DNA of 64,000 nt. Source: Bacteroidales bacterium (lineage in GTDB: Bacteria; Bacteroidota; Bacteroidia; Bacteroidales; JAUNSR01). The stretch covers positions 30,404-94,403 of the forward strand of contig JAVVQG010000008.1 of the NCBI GenBank assembly GCA_036655355.1, in the 5' to 3' direction. This document shows, one piece after another, positions 44,281 to 53,820 of the stretch; positions within the stretch are counted from its first letter, which is position 1, and every line of letters begins with the position of its first letter. The position numbers were made by a program, and so were the translations under genes. The notes below the pieces were generated by a model. The model saw only the letters and a list, made by a program, of their open reading frames with translations, searched no databases and was not told the DNA's origin.

Positions 44281-45957
44281 ATGAATAAAAAGAAACTTAT
44301 TACTCTTTTTCTGTCTCTGTGCGCTTTCACATTTCTCGCGGCTCAACCGGCGCAAGAGGTGCGCGCGGTATGGCTAACTACGAATTGGCAGTTGGACTGG
44401 CCTTCGCGGACGGGTGTGTCTGAAAAAGTGCGATTGAATCAACAGGCGGAACTGTGTCGCATATTGGATCGGATCAAACAGGCCAACATGAACGTGGTGT
44501 TTTTCCAGTCGCGGGTGAGGGGAGAGGTGCTTTTTGAATCGGCTATTGAGCCGTGGAGTCGCTTCGTTTCAGGGAAATCAGGCGTGGCGCCCGAATACGA
44601 TCCGCTGGCTTTCGCCGTAGAGGAGTGCCATAAGCGCGGATTGCAATGTCATGCATGGATGGTCAGCATGCCGTTGGGCGGGATAAGTCAGATGAAAAAA
44701 CAGGGAGCGCATTCACTCCTCAAACGAAAGCCTGCGATGGTGACCCTGCACAAAGGGGAGTATTACCTCGAGCCCTCTGATCCGGGCGCTGCCGAATACC
44801 TTGCGTCTTTAGCGGGCGAGATTGTTCAAAAATACGATGTGGATGGCGTTCATCTCGATTACATCCGTTATCCGGAAGAGGTGAAGGGGTATCCTGACGC
44901 AAAGATGTATCAAAAAAGCGGTACGACACTGAGTCTGGAGGATTGGCGGCGTGAAAACATCAATCGGATCGTATTCGCCATTTATGACCGGGTGAAAGAG
45001 ATCAAACCCTGGGTGAAGGTGAGTAGTGCGCCGTTGGGCCGTTTTCGCGATTTGCTCGGATTGAAACGATATGGCTGGGATGCTTACACGGCGGTGTATC
45101 AGGATGCGCAATATTGGATGCGCCAGGGCAAACACGATTTGATTGCCCCGATGATGTATTATAAGGAGGAGTTGTTTTATCCTTATCTGATCGATTGGGT
45201 GATGAATAGTAACGGACGACCTGTGGTGAGCGGTCTGGGTGCCTATCGCCTGGATGCGCGCGAAGCCGACTGGGATCTTCGTGAACTCGATAACCAGGTG
45301 TTCTGGGGACGTCTCTTCGGAGCCGGGGGACAGGCGATTTATCGAACCGGAAATTTTATCGAGGATAAAAAAGGGTTGTCTCGTTTGCTGCAAGAGGAGC
45401 TTTATCGCAAACCGGCATGCTATCCTCCGATGAACTGGGTGGCGGATTCCATCGTGGAGAAGCCGACTGGGGTTTGCCTGGAGGAGGAAGTTGGAGGATG
45501 GCGCATTTCATGGGTTCGGGAACCCGGATTTACGTATAATATATATGCCACCGATAAAAATGGGAAGTATGAATTGCTTGAACCGGCAGTTCATGACTCC
45601 ACTTTTTTCGTAGCTGCAAGTGAATGGGATGATCTGATTCCGCATTTTGGTATTTCAGCTGCGAATAAATATCATTATGAAAGCGAAATAGCACAAATCC
45701 CATCCAGGTGTGCTTCCGGAGAGGTTAATTTGTGTTGTTTATTGAAAAAATCCTACGATAAAGATATAAAAGTATTAAGTTTGGGTGATTTTTCTAAATA
45801 CGATAGCTTCTCTATAATGAATATAGCCGGAGAGGAAGTTTACCGGGCCGCCGTTACGGGTGCTCATTACGACGTAGCGCTTCCGGCCGGTTATTATCGG
45901 ATAGTTATGCTTAATCAAGAGAGTGAAATAGAAAATAAATATATAATAGTAGAATAA
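44281..45957 (+). CDS. GHL10/DUF187 (YngK-like, 'family 10 glycosylhydrolase-like') protein with probable T9SS C-terminal sorting domain
   Basis: 558 aa with a signal peptide and EVRAVWLTTNWQLDWPS...VFFQSRVRGE...CHAWM...GVHLDYIRYPE (TIM-barrel GHL10 pattern). The last ~80 aa (…FSIMNIAGEEVYRAAVTGAHYDVALPAGYYRIVMLNQESEIENKYIIVE) look like a T9SS CTD. Confidence 0.75.
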   Translation: MNKKKLITLFLSLCAFTFLAAQPAQEVRAVWLTTNWQLDWPSRTGVSEKVRLNQQAELCRILDRIKQANMNVVFFQSRVRGEVLFESAIEPWSRFVSGKSGVAPEYDPLAFAVEECHKRGLQCHAWMVSMPLGGISQMKKQGAHSLLKRKPAMVTLHKGEYYLEPSDPGAAEYLASLAGEIVQKYDVDGVHLDYIRYPEEVKGYPDAKMYQKSGTTLSLEDWRRENINRIVFAIYDRVKEIKPWVKVSSAPLGRFRDLLGLKRYGWDAYTAVYQDAQYWMRQGKHDLIAPMMYYKEELFYPYLIDWVMNSNGRPVVSGLGAYRLDAREADWDLRELDNQVFWGRLFGAGGQAIYRTGNFIEDKKGLSRLLQEELYRKPACYPPMNWVADSIVEKPTGVCLEEEVGGWRISWVREPGFTYNIYATDKNGKYELLEPAVHDSTFFVAASEWDDLIPHFGISAANKYHYESEIAQIPSRCASGEVNLCCLLKKSYDKDIKVLSLGDFSKYDSFSIMNIAGEEVYRAAVTGAHYDVALPAGYYRIVMLNQESEIENKYIIVE

Positions 45958-45970
45958 GAACTTGGAGATC

Positions 45971-46951
45971 ATGAAATTATATCCTTTAAAATTCAATCCC
46001 ATTCTTCGTCCTATGATTTGGGGGGGTAATGATATCTGTAAATTCAAAAATATCAATACGGAAGAACTTGGTATCGGAGAAAGCTGGGAAATATCGGATG
46101 TGAAAGATTCGGTTTCTGTAATCGCGAATGGAGAACTGGCGGGAAAAAGCCTAACCGAAGCGATTGCGATGTTTGGAGCTGAGTTGATGGGTGAGCATGT
46201 GTTGGCCCGTTTTGGTAATACATTTCCTTTGTTAATTAAATTCATCGATGCTTCAAACGACTTGTCGATTCAGGTGCATCCGGATGATGAGTTAGCACAG
46301 AAACGTCACAATTCTTTCGGGAAAACAGAGATGTGGTATGTAATCAATGCACGTGAAGGTGCCGGATTATATTCTGGTTTCTCTTCTGAAATTACACCGG
46401 AGGAGTATGTGGAGCGCGTTGAGAAAAATACGTTCATGGACGTATTGAAACGTTACGAGGTGAAAGAGGGAGACGTTTTCTTCTTGCCAGCGGGACGTGT
46501 TCATGCAATCGGAAGCGGATTGTTTATTGCCGAAATTCAGCAGACTTCTGATGTGACTTATCGTATCTACGATTACAACCGTCGCGACAAAGAGGGCAAT
46601 CGCAGAGAACTGCATACGGAATTAGCGAAAGATGCAATCGATTATACCGTAGAAGCGGATTATCGTACGCATTATGAATCAAAAAAGAATGAAGCGGTTG
46701 ATTTGGTTGATTGCAACTATTTTCACACCAATCTGCTTGAGTTGGATGCAGCTTATACAAGAGACGTCAAAGCGCTTGATTCTTTCGTGATCTATATCTG
46801 TATGGAGGGTGCCGCGATCCTAAAAACGGAAGATGGCGGTGATCTGAATGTGAAATGCGGAGAATCGATTCTGGTTCCTGCTTCTGCCGGCGTGTTGGAA
46901 ATCATTCCGGAGGGTCAGGTGAAGATGATGGAAGTATACATTCCTGCTTAA
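45971..46951 (+). CDS. manA: mannose-6-phosphate isomerase, class I
   Basis: It has PMIWGG, PLLIKFIDASNDLSIQVHPDD, KTEMWYV and LPAGRVHAIG motifs. The ATG at 45971 is preferred over the TTG at 45962. Confidence 0.9.
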   Translation: MKLYPLKFNPILRPMIWGGNDICKFKNINTEELGIGESWEISDVKDSVSVIANGELAGKSLTEAIAMFGAELMGEHVLARFGNTFPLLIKFIDASNDLSIQVHPDDELAQKRHNSFGKTEMWYVINAREGAGLYSGFSSEITPEEYVERVEKNTFMDVLKRYEVKEGDVFFLPAGRVHAIGSGLFIAEIQQTSDVTYRIYDYNRRDKEGNRRELHTELAKDAIDYTVEADYRTHYESKKNEAVDLVDCNYFHTNLLELDAAYTRDVKALDSFVIYICMEGAAILKTEDGGDLNVKCGESILVPASAGVLEIIPEGQVKMMEVYIPA

Positions 46952-46993
46952 AGATCGAAAACAATCCGGAATTTCGGATGTGATAAAATAGAC

Positions 46994-47030
46994 AAGGCTG
47001 TCGTGAAGATAAACTTCACGTCAGCCTTTT
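46994..47030. terminator. bidirectional terminator between convergent manA and malQ
   Basis: Hairpin aaggctgtcgtgaag-ataa-cttcacgtcagcctt followed by ttgtctttt. Confidence 0.7.
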
Positions 47031-47073
47031 GTCTTTTACAGAATAAACACCCATCACATATGAAATAAACACA

Positions 47074-49755
47074 TCAGGAATCTCTTCCCGATTTAAGAAT
47101 CATCATTCGTACCTTCTTATTGAACGTATCCGCTTTCAAAAGCTGATCCAAGGTAAGGTGCATTCGATAGCGCCAGTAATGGCGTGGGATCGCCGGAATA
47201 TTGATTCGCTCATCCGCCGGATTCTCCCTGCGAATGGTCTCATCCATCGAAAGCCAATCCTGCAATGGGAAAATAGCCAGGATAGAAGGGGATTTCAGAT
47301 GTTGGTCGATGATCTTCTCACATACCCACGGTTCGCAGAAATAGGGTGCCGCTCCCACCTCATGCAATACGTTGTTGAAGAAACGTTGCGTTTTCGCACG
47401 ATCTTCTTCCCACCAGCCGCGCAATGTGCTCATGTCGTGGGTGGAGGTTGTGCACACCGATAGATAAGGATAGTAGGCCGGAATGCCGAATTCGTGCGTC
47501 GGGTCTTTCGGCATGCGCTGGATTTCCAGACTCAGGATCTGCAGGTCGGCCATCACATCCGGTACGCAATGCGGAATCATGCCCAGGTCTTCGCCGCAAA
47601 CGAGCATATCGGTTGAGGAGATCAACGGCGGCAGTTTGCGCATCGCCTCGTGACGCCAGAAATCATCGTGTCGATGATAGAAGAAGTCGTCATACAAGCG
47701 GTTGAATGCATTTCGTTCCTGTTCGTTCAATCCCCGGTATGAATAGGTATATTGAGCCGAGATGCGGGGATGGTATTTCCCCGGATCGCGCGGATCGGGA
47801 ACAAACAATACATCTGCGATCAGTTCATACAATCCGTTTCTGATTCGTTTCGACTTATCGTCATTTTGTCCCACGAAGTAGTTTTCCACCTCTTTCTGCG
47901 TATCGAACTCCTTTTTCATGACATAGGTGTCGTCGTGCGCTTTCTCTAAGAACTTTTCAATAACCTCTTCGGTATATTCCCCAAAGATATCGCTCAAGAA
48001 ATAGCGTCGAATGTAAGGCGTTGCGTGACGTTCTTGGTTGAACCAGAAATCAAAATAAGTCATCTCCTGCGGATAGAAAGGAAGTGCGGGGTTGAAATGG
48101 CCCAATAAGCCTTGTACCGCTTTCTCCGGAATTTCCCAGATCCGGAAGAATCCCAGGATGTGGTCGATGCGGTAGGCATCGAAGTAATCGGCCATTTTGC
48201 GGAAACGTTTCTTCCACCATGCGAACTGGTCTTTTTCCATCTCGCTCCAGTTGTAGGTGGGGAATCCCCAGTTCTGACCCTCTTTCGAGAAGTCGTCCGG
48301 AGGTGCGCCTGCCTGGCTGTTCATATTGAAAAGCGAGGTGTCGCTCCAAGCGTCCACACTGTCACGGCTGATACCGATCGGAATGTCCCCTTTGAGTACC
48401 ACGCCGTTCTGATGTGCGTAATTGCGCACTTCGAACAACTGTTTGTGAAGGTGGTACTGGATGAAGAAATGGATCGAGATCTCCCGGTAATAAGGGGAGT
48501 CGGGGGCACACAGCTTTTCTATCTCTTTTTTATCGTAATTTGAATGGTTTTTCCAGTAATTGAAACTAGCCGTTTGGTTCTGATCGCGCAGGTAGCAGAA
48601 CGCCGCATACGGGATGAGCCAATCTTTATTTTGTTTGAAGAAGTTCTTGTAATCCGTGCTATTGAGCGTTAGATCCCCCTGTTCCGTAAAGATGTCTTGA
48701 AGGTATTCCCATTTTCCCTGCGTCACGAGTTCATAATCGATCTCCTGTAATTTATTCAGATGTTCCCGCTTTTCGTAATACGCCTGCATCTTGGCATTCT
48801 CTTTTAGGATACCCACCTCTTCGAGGTTGATATATACGGGATGTAGTGCGAAAATGGAATTCGCATTGTAGGGATAGGAGTCCACCCAGGTGTGGGTCAT
48901 CGTGGTATCGTTGATCGGGAGGACCTGAATCATGCGTTGGCCGGTCTGAACCGCCCAGTCCACCATTCTGCGAAGGTCTGTGAACTCGCCGATTCCGTAC
49001 CCCGTTTCCGAACGGAGCGAAAATACGGGAATGGCTATTCCGGCACCTTTCCATGCAGGCAGCGGGTTGTTGAGGTAAAGTCCCGAGAGAACGATGTCTT
49101 GATCGGGCGTTACTCCGGTTGGGTCGAATACCCGGTTGGGACCGTTTTCCCATGCCAAGGGTTTCTGACTTTGCGTGTCAATCACCAGGAATTTATATTC
49201 GCAAGGTAGGGTGATCTCTTTCAGGGGTAACGCGACGCTCCATTCGGGCGTTTTCAGGCAATCCATCGGAAGTGCCGCATGGGCATCCCAATTTCCCAAC
49301 GCACCGGATGCGCCGCAAATAGCCAGCGATTCGTTCTTACGCAGTGTGGGTGCGAAACAACGGATGGTTAGGGTCGGTGTGTTTTCGGGCGTTTTCCCTT
49401 TTTTATTTTTATGTGAAAAGATGTCATTGGTAAAAGCGGAAGAGAAGAACGGTTTGTCGGCCGGAAGGCTTTGCCAATGATCGTAAACCAAAACAGTGTC
49501 TTCATTTCCCTCTTGGATGTGATGCGGTTCACCCCATTCGGAGGAGATAACCGTGTCATTTTCCCCTATATAATAGTGATAGGATATCGCTTTATCTGTG
49601 TTGATATCTACTTCGAGACTCCATTTCCCGTCGTTCAGATAATTCATTGCAAGTGCTTTCTTCGGATCGGAGGCTCCTAATTCAGGGTTTGGTCCTGTTA
49701 TATATACAGTCTGACCCCAAATGGTGTGATATTCAAGGTTAAATATGATTTTCAT
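47074..49755 (-). CDS. malQ: 4-alpha-glucanotransferase (GH77) with N-terminal starch-binding (CBM20-like) domains
   Basis: 893 aa with an N-terminal beta-sandwich module. GH77 motifs are present (FSLRSETGYGIGEF, DSYPYNANSIFALHP, YRIDHILGFFRIWEIP, LVCGEDLGMIP, TSTHD). Confidence 0.9.
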   Translation of the reverse strand: MKIIFNLEYHTIWGQTVYITGPNPELGASDPKKALAMNYLNDGKWSLEVDINTDKAISYHYYIGENDTVISSEWGEPHHIQEGNEDTVLVYDHWQSLPADKPFFSSAFTNDIFSHKNKKGKTPENTPTLTIRCFAPTLRKNESLAICGASGALGNWDAHAALPMDCLKTPEWSVALPLKEITLPCEYKFLVIDTQSQKPLAWENGPNRVFDPTGVTPDQDIVLSGLYLNNPLPAWKGAGIAIPVFSLRSETGYGIGEFTDLRRMVDWAVQTGQRMIQVLPINDTTMTHTWVDSYPYNANSIFALHPVYINLEEVGILKENAKMQAYYEKREHLNKLQEIDYELVTQGKWEYLQDIFTEQGDLTLNSTDYKNFFKQNKDWLIPYAAFCYLRDQNQTASFNYWKNHSNYDKKEIEKLCAPDSPYYREISIHFFIQYHLHKQLFEVRNYAHQNGVVLKGDIPIGISRDSVDAWSDTSLFNMNSQAGAPPDDFSKEGQNWGFPTYNWSEMEKDQFAWWKKRFRKMADYFDAYRIDHILGFFRIWEIPEKAVQGLLGHFNPALPFYPQEMTYFDFWFNQERHATPYIRRYFLSDIFGEYTEEVIEKFLEKAHDDTYVMKKEFDTQKEVENYFVGQNDDKSKRIRNGLYELIADVLFVPDPRDPGKYHPRISAQYTYSYRGLNEQERNAFNRLYDDFFYHRHDDFWRHEAMRKLPPLISSTDMLVCGEDLGMIPHCVPDVMADLQILSLEIQRMPKDPTHEFGIPAYYPYLSVCTTSTHDMSTLRGWWEEDRAKTQRFFNNVLHEVGAAPYFCEPWVCEKIIDQHLKSPSILAIFPLQDWLSMDETIRRENPADERINIPAIPRHYWRYRMHLTLDQLLKADTFNKKVRMMILKSGRDS

Positions 49756-49874
49756 ACGGATCTTATTGAAAAGATTTTTAATTCTGAGGTTAAGCTAATA
49801 CATTTGGCTGTTCCCGTTTAAGAGAATAACCCATTAAGTAGGGATAAGTTTATGCAAACGTTTTAGGTTTTCGT

Positions 49875-49909
49875 AAAAAAAAAGAGTGTGAATAAAAATT
49901 CACACTCTT
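49875..49909 (-). terminator. intrinsic terminator after nrdJ
   Basis: The minus strand reads aagagtgtgaat-tttt-attcacactctt followed by a T-run of 9. Confidence 0.8.
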
Positions 49910-49965
49910 GGGTATAGGGATGCTCTATTTAAATAAAGAACTGTTCTTTTGGTTAATTTAGACTA

Positions 49966-52491
49966 TTAGCCGCATCTTGAAGTGCCACAAGAAGTACAGA
50001 TCAAACAACCCTCCTGGTAGATCAAAGACTCTTGGCCACAATTGGGACATTTCTGGCCACTCGCTTTCATTCCGTTCGGAAGGTATTTTTTCAAAGCGCG
50101 CTCCACACCGTTTTTCCAGGTGTTGATCGATTCATTGTTCAGTTCAAGTCCCGAAATCAATTTGATCACCTGATCCATCGGCATGCGGTAACGCAGCACG
50201 CCCGAAATCAGTTTCGCATAGTTCCAATATTCCGGATTGAACTTATCGGATAATCCTTCGATCGTTGTTTTGTATCCGCGTTTGTTGACGAACTGGAAAT
50301 CGTAACGTTTGTTGCCTTCGGCATCGATCGCTTTGATGATTTTTCCTTTCGTTACATTCTTTGGAATGAGGATGCCGTCTTCATCATCGGCCAAACCGGT
50401 AAAGATCTCATAAGGCATACCGTCTTTTAATCCGATGAAAGCGATCCATTTTTCGCGGTTGTTTTGGAATCTGACCACTTCAGCTTCAAGTTCCACCGGA
50501 CGTTTCACCGAGATTGGCGGCAATTCAGGTTTCTTCTCCTCTTTTTTGGTCGAAATCAATACACCCGAACGTGATCCGTCACGGTAAACGGTACATCCTT
50601 TGCAGCCGCTTTTCCACGCTTCAACATAGAGTTGGTTTACCAATTCTTCCGAAACATCGTTCGGCAGGTTGATGGTTACGCTGATCGAGTGATCTACCCA
50701 TCTCTGGATACGTCCCTGCATGCGTACTTTCTGCAACCAGTCTACGTCGTTGGCCGTGGCTTTGTGGTAAGGTGACATCGCAATCAGAGATTCGATCTCC
50801 TCCTGTGTGTAGTTGGTGCGCGCTTCGATGCCGTTCGCTTCCATCCAGGTAAGGAATTTGTGGTGGAAAACCACGTATTCTTCAAATGCATCGCCCACTT
50901 CGTCAACGAAGTCGATGCGAACCTGCGGATCGTTCGGATTCACTTTGCGACGGCGTTTGTATACCGGCATGAATACCGGCTCGATACCGGATGAGGTTTG
51001 TGTCATCAAGCTCGTTGTACCCGTCGGAGCGATTGTGAGACAGGCGATGTTACGGCGTCCGTAACGGGCCATGTCGTCGTATAGCTCCTGATCGGCTTCT
51101 TTCAGGCGTAGGATGAACGGATTGTTCTCCTCTCTCTTGGCATCGAATATTTCAAATGCGCCACGCTCTTTCGCCATCTCCACAGAGGAGCGATAAGCGG
51201 CAAGCGCCAAGGTTTTGTGAACGCTTTCGGAGAAATCGGTGGCAGCTTCCGTTCCGTAACGAAGTCCCATCGCGGCGATCATATCACCCTCGGCTGTCGT
51301 TCCTACTCCGGTACGACGACCTTGTAAGGTTCTTTTCTGTATTTTCTCCCACAAGTGCACCTCGGTCTGTTTCACTTCGTCCGTTTCCGGGTCTTGTTTG
51401 ATCTTGGCGAGTATTTTATCGATTTTCTCCATCTCCAAGTCGATGATGTCGTCCATGATGCGCTGAGCCAGTGCGACGTGCTTCTTGAATAGTTCGAAAT
51501 CGAATTCAGCTTCTTTGGTGAACGGATTCTTCACGTAAGAGTACAGGTTGATCGCCAACAAACGACAGCTGTCATACGGGCACAACGGAATCTCTCCGCA
51601 AGGATTTGTCGATACGGTGCGGAAGCCCAGGTCGGCATAGCAATCCGGTACGGACTCCCGAAGGATGGTGTCCCAGAATAGTACGCCCGGTTCGGCTGAT
51701 TTCCATGCATTGTGAACGATTTTCCCCCAAAGGGTTTTGGCGTCGATCTCTTTCGTGAATTTCGGATCTTGTGCATCAATCGGGAATTGTTGCGTGTAAG
51801 GAGTTCCGCTAACGGCTGCTTTCATAAAATCATCATCGATTTTAACAGACACGTTCGCTCCGGTCACTTTCCCTTCGGTCATCTTCGCATCGATAAACGA
51901 TTCCGAGTCGGGGTGTTTGATCGAAACACTCAGCATGAGGGCGCCACGGCGACCGTCTTGCGCCACTTCGCGGGTAGAGTTGGAGTAACGTTCCATGAAC
52001 GGAACCAATCCGGTAGAGGTAAGGGCTGAGTTTTTAACCGGTGAGCCTGCCGGACGGATGTGTGAAAGGTCATGTCCCACACCTCCGCGACGTTTCATCA
52101 GCTGAACTTGTTCTTCGTCGATTTTGATGATTCCGCCGTAAGAGTCCGCTTTCCCGTCGAGTCCGATTACAAAGCAATTTGAAAGGGATGCAATCTGATA
52201 GTTATTTCCGATGCCACTCATCGGACTACCCTGCGGAACGATGTATTTGAAGTGATCCAAAAGAGCTGTCAACTCCTCTTTCGAGAGTGGATTCGGGTAT
52301 TTATTCTCAATTCGTGCAATTTCAGATGCGATTCGTTCGTGCATCATTAAAGGTGAATTTTCATAAATATTACCAAAAGAATCCTTTAGGGCATATTTGT
52401 TCACCCATACACGGGCTGCAAGTTCGTCGCCCTTGAAATACTTCAGGGATTCTTCGAATGCTTCGTTATAACTATAAGTATTTGCTTCCAC
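49966..52491 (-). CDS. nrdJ: adenosylcobalamin-dependent ribonucleoside-diphosphate reductase (class II)
   Basis: 841 aa with the TNPCGEIPL active-site motif and a class II core. The C-terminal zinc ribbon is CPNCGQESLIYQEGCLICTSCG. The start is GTG, with an in-frame stop 3 codons upstream. Confidence 0.9.
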   Translation of the reverse strand: MEANTYSYNEAFEESLKYFKGDELAARVWVNKYALKDSFGNIYENSPLMMHERIASEIARIENKYPNPLSKEELTALLDHFKYIVPQGSPMSGIGNNYQIASLSNCFVIGLDGKADSYGGIIKIDEEQVQLMKRRGGVGHDLSHIRPAGSPVKNSALTSTGLVPFMERYSNSTREVAQDGRRGALMLSVSIKHPDSESFIDAKMTEGKVTGANVSVKIDDDFMKAAVSGTPYTQQFPIDAQDPKFTKEIDAKTLWGKIVHNAWKSAEPGVLFWDTILRESVPDCYADLGFRTVSTNPCGEIPLCPYDSCRLLAINLYSYVKNPFTKEAEFDFELFKKHVALAQRIMDDIIDLEMEKIDKILAKIKQDPETDEVKQTEVHLWEKIQKRTLQGRRTGVGTTAEGDMIAAMGLRYGTEAATDFSESVHKTLALAAYRSSVEMAKERGAFEIFDAKREENNPFILRLKEADQELYDDMARYGRRNIACLTIAPTGTTSLMTQTSSGIEPVFMPVYKRRRKVNPNDPQVRIDFVDEVGDAFEEYVVFHHKFLTWMEANGIEARTNYTQEEIESLIAMSPYHKATANDVDWLQKVRMQGRIQRWVDHSISVTINLPNDVSEELVNQLYVEAWKSGCKGCTVYRDGSRSGVLISTKKEEKKPELPPISVKRPVELEAEVVRFQNNREKWIAFIGLKDGMPYEIFTGLADDEDGILIPKNVTKGKIIKAIDAEGNKRYDFQFVNKRGYKTTIEGLSDKFNPEYWNYAKLISGVLRYRMPMDQVIKLISGLELNNESINTWKNGVERALKKYLPNGMKASGQKCPNCGQESLIYQEGCLICTSCGTSRCG

Positions 52492-52893
52492 AATAAATTA
52501 TTTTTTAATAAAAAGTTCGTGTTTTATTCGGCGTTTTTGATATCAGGTTGTGCTTGAAAAATTTGGTCTTGCAATGTTAGGAAAAACCTTTCAGTTGAAC
52601 AAATTTGGAGAAAGTAAATTCTGAAAATAATTTTGAAGTTTTCTTTTTTGAAAATTAAAACATTGATAATTATCTATATATGATTTTTGAGGCCTCTAAA
52701 AGTTTTCCATTTTGGTAAATTAGTAGAATATTGTTGTTTGTGTTATTGAAATCCTTTATTTAATAGATTTTCGTTATAAATCGCCCTTTTTCGTATTAAA
52801 AATAGAAGAAAATAAGAGCGCCTTATTTATTGTGTCGGCTGCACTGCGGGGATGCCCTTAAATTTTATATTTTTGTAGAAAAACTATTTGTAT

Positions 52894-53637
52894 ATGCTCG
52901 AATCAATGAAAAACAGACGGACGGTCCGGAAATATTCGGATCGTGAAGTGTCTGAAGAAATGTTAACAAAATTACTTGAGGTTGCACTCCGCGCCTCCAC
53001 TACGGGGAATATGCAACTCTATAGCGTGGTGGTTACCCGCGATGCTGAAAACAAATCAAAACTGGCTCCCGCACATTTTAATCAGCCGATGGTTACGGGT
53101 GCTCCGGTGGTACTGACCTTTTGTGCGGATTTTAATCGATTCACAAAATGGTGCGAATTGCGTGAGGCGGAACCCGGTTATGATAACATTCAGTCCTTCA
53201 TCGCTGCCGCTTTGGATGCCGCCTTGGTGGCTCAGAGCTTCTGTAATGCGGCGGAAGAGGCGGGACTGGGGATTTGTTACCTGGGCACGACAACCTATAA
53301 TGCGAAGCAGATTACAGAGATTCTCGGGTTGCCGGAATTGGTCGTGCCCGTTACAACCGTTACGGTGGGTTATCCGGAGGAGATTCCTGCGCAGTGCGAG
53401 CGTTTGCCGATTGAAGCGGTGTTGCATCGTGAGGTGTACCGTGATTATTCTGCAGAGACCATCGAACAGCTTTACAAAGAGAAGGAAGAATTGCCCGCAA
53501 ACCGGAAATTTGTGGAGGAAAACAACAAGAAAACCCTTGCTCAGGTGTTTACAGATGTCCGTTATACCAGAAAGAACAATGAATTCTTCTCGGAGCGGTT
53601 CATCGAATTGCTGAAAGAGCAGGGATTCTTGCGTTGA
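52894..53637 (+). CDS. NAD(P)H nitroreductase family protein (NfsA-like size)
   Basis: It shows RRTVRKYSDREV...ALRASTTGNMQLYSVVV...LTFCADFNR...AEEAGLGICYLG, the nitroreductase-fold pattern. Confidence 0.85.
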   Translation: MLESMKNRRTVRKYSDREVSEEMLTKLLEVALRASTTGNMQLYSVVVTRDAENKSKLAPAHFNQPMVTGAPVVLTFCADFNRFTKWCELREAEPGYDNIQSFIAAALDAALVAQSFCNAAEEAGLGICYLGTTTYNAKQITEILGLPELVVPVTTVTVGYPEEIPAQCERLPIEAVLHREVYRDYSAETIEQLYKEKEELPANRKFVEENNKKTLAQVFTDVRYTRKNNEFFSERFIELLKEQGFLR

Positions 53638-53743
53638 ATTGGTTTTAGGAGGGATGCACAGCGGAAAACTACTACTGGAAAAATCCTCGGAAATGGAACC
53701 TGGGGGAGAGTGGTTTCAAGCACGATTCCGAAAGCTGTGTGAA

Positions 53744-53793
53744 TAAAAAAACGGCGGGGAAAAGATCCTTCAATAGGTTCTTTTCCCCGCCGT
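53744..53793. terminator. bidirectional terminator between nitroreductase gene and dnaA
   Basis: Hairpin acggcggggaaaaga...ttcttttccccgccgt with a flanking A-run. Confidence 0.7.
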
Positions 53794-53820
53794 CTGTATA
53801 TCGGATCAATGTGATTGTCT

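Noticed and set aside
52492-52887. Cobalamin riboswitch or NrdR operator upstream of the B12-dependent RNR.
   Set aside because: I could not find a B12-box or the conserved riboswitch helices by eye. The only palindrome (atctatatatgat) is imperfect and single, whereas NrdR boxes normally occur as tandem 16-bp palindromes. This needs a covariance-model or PWM scan to settle.
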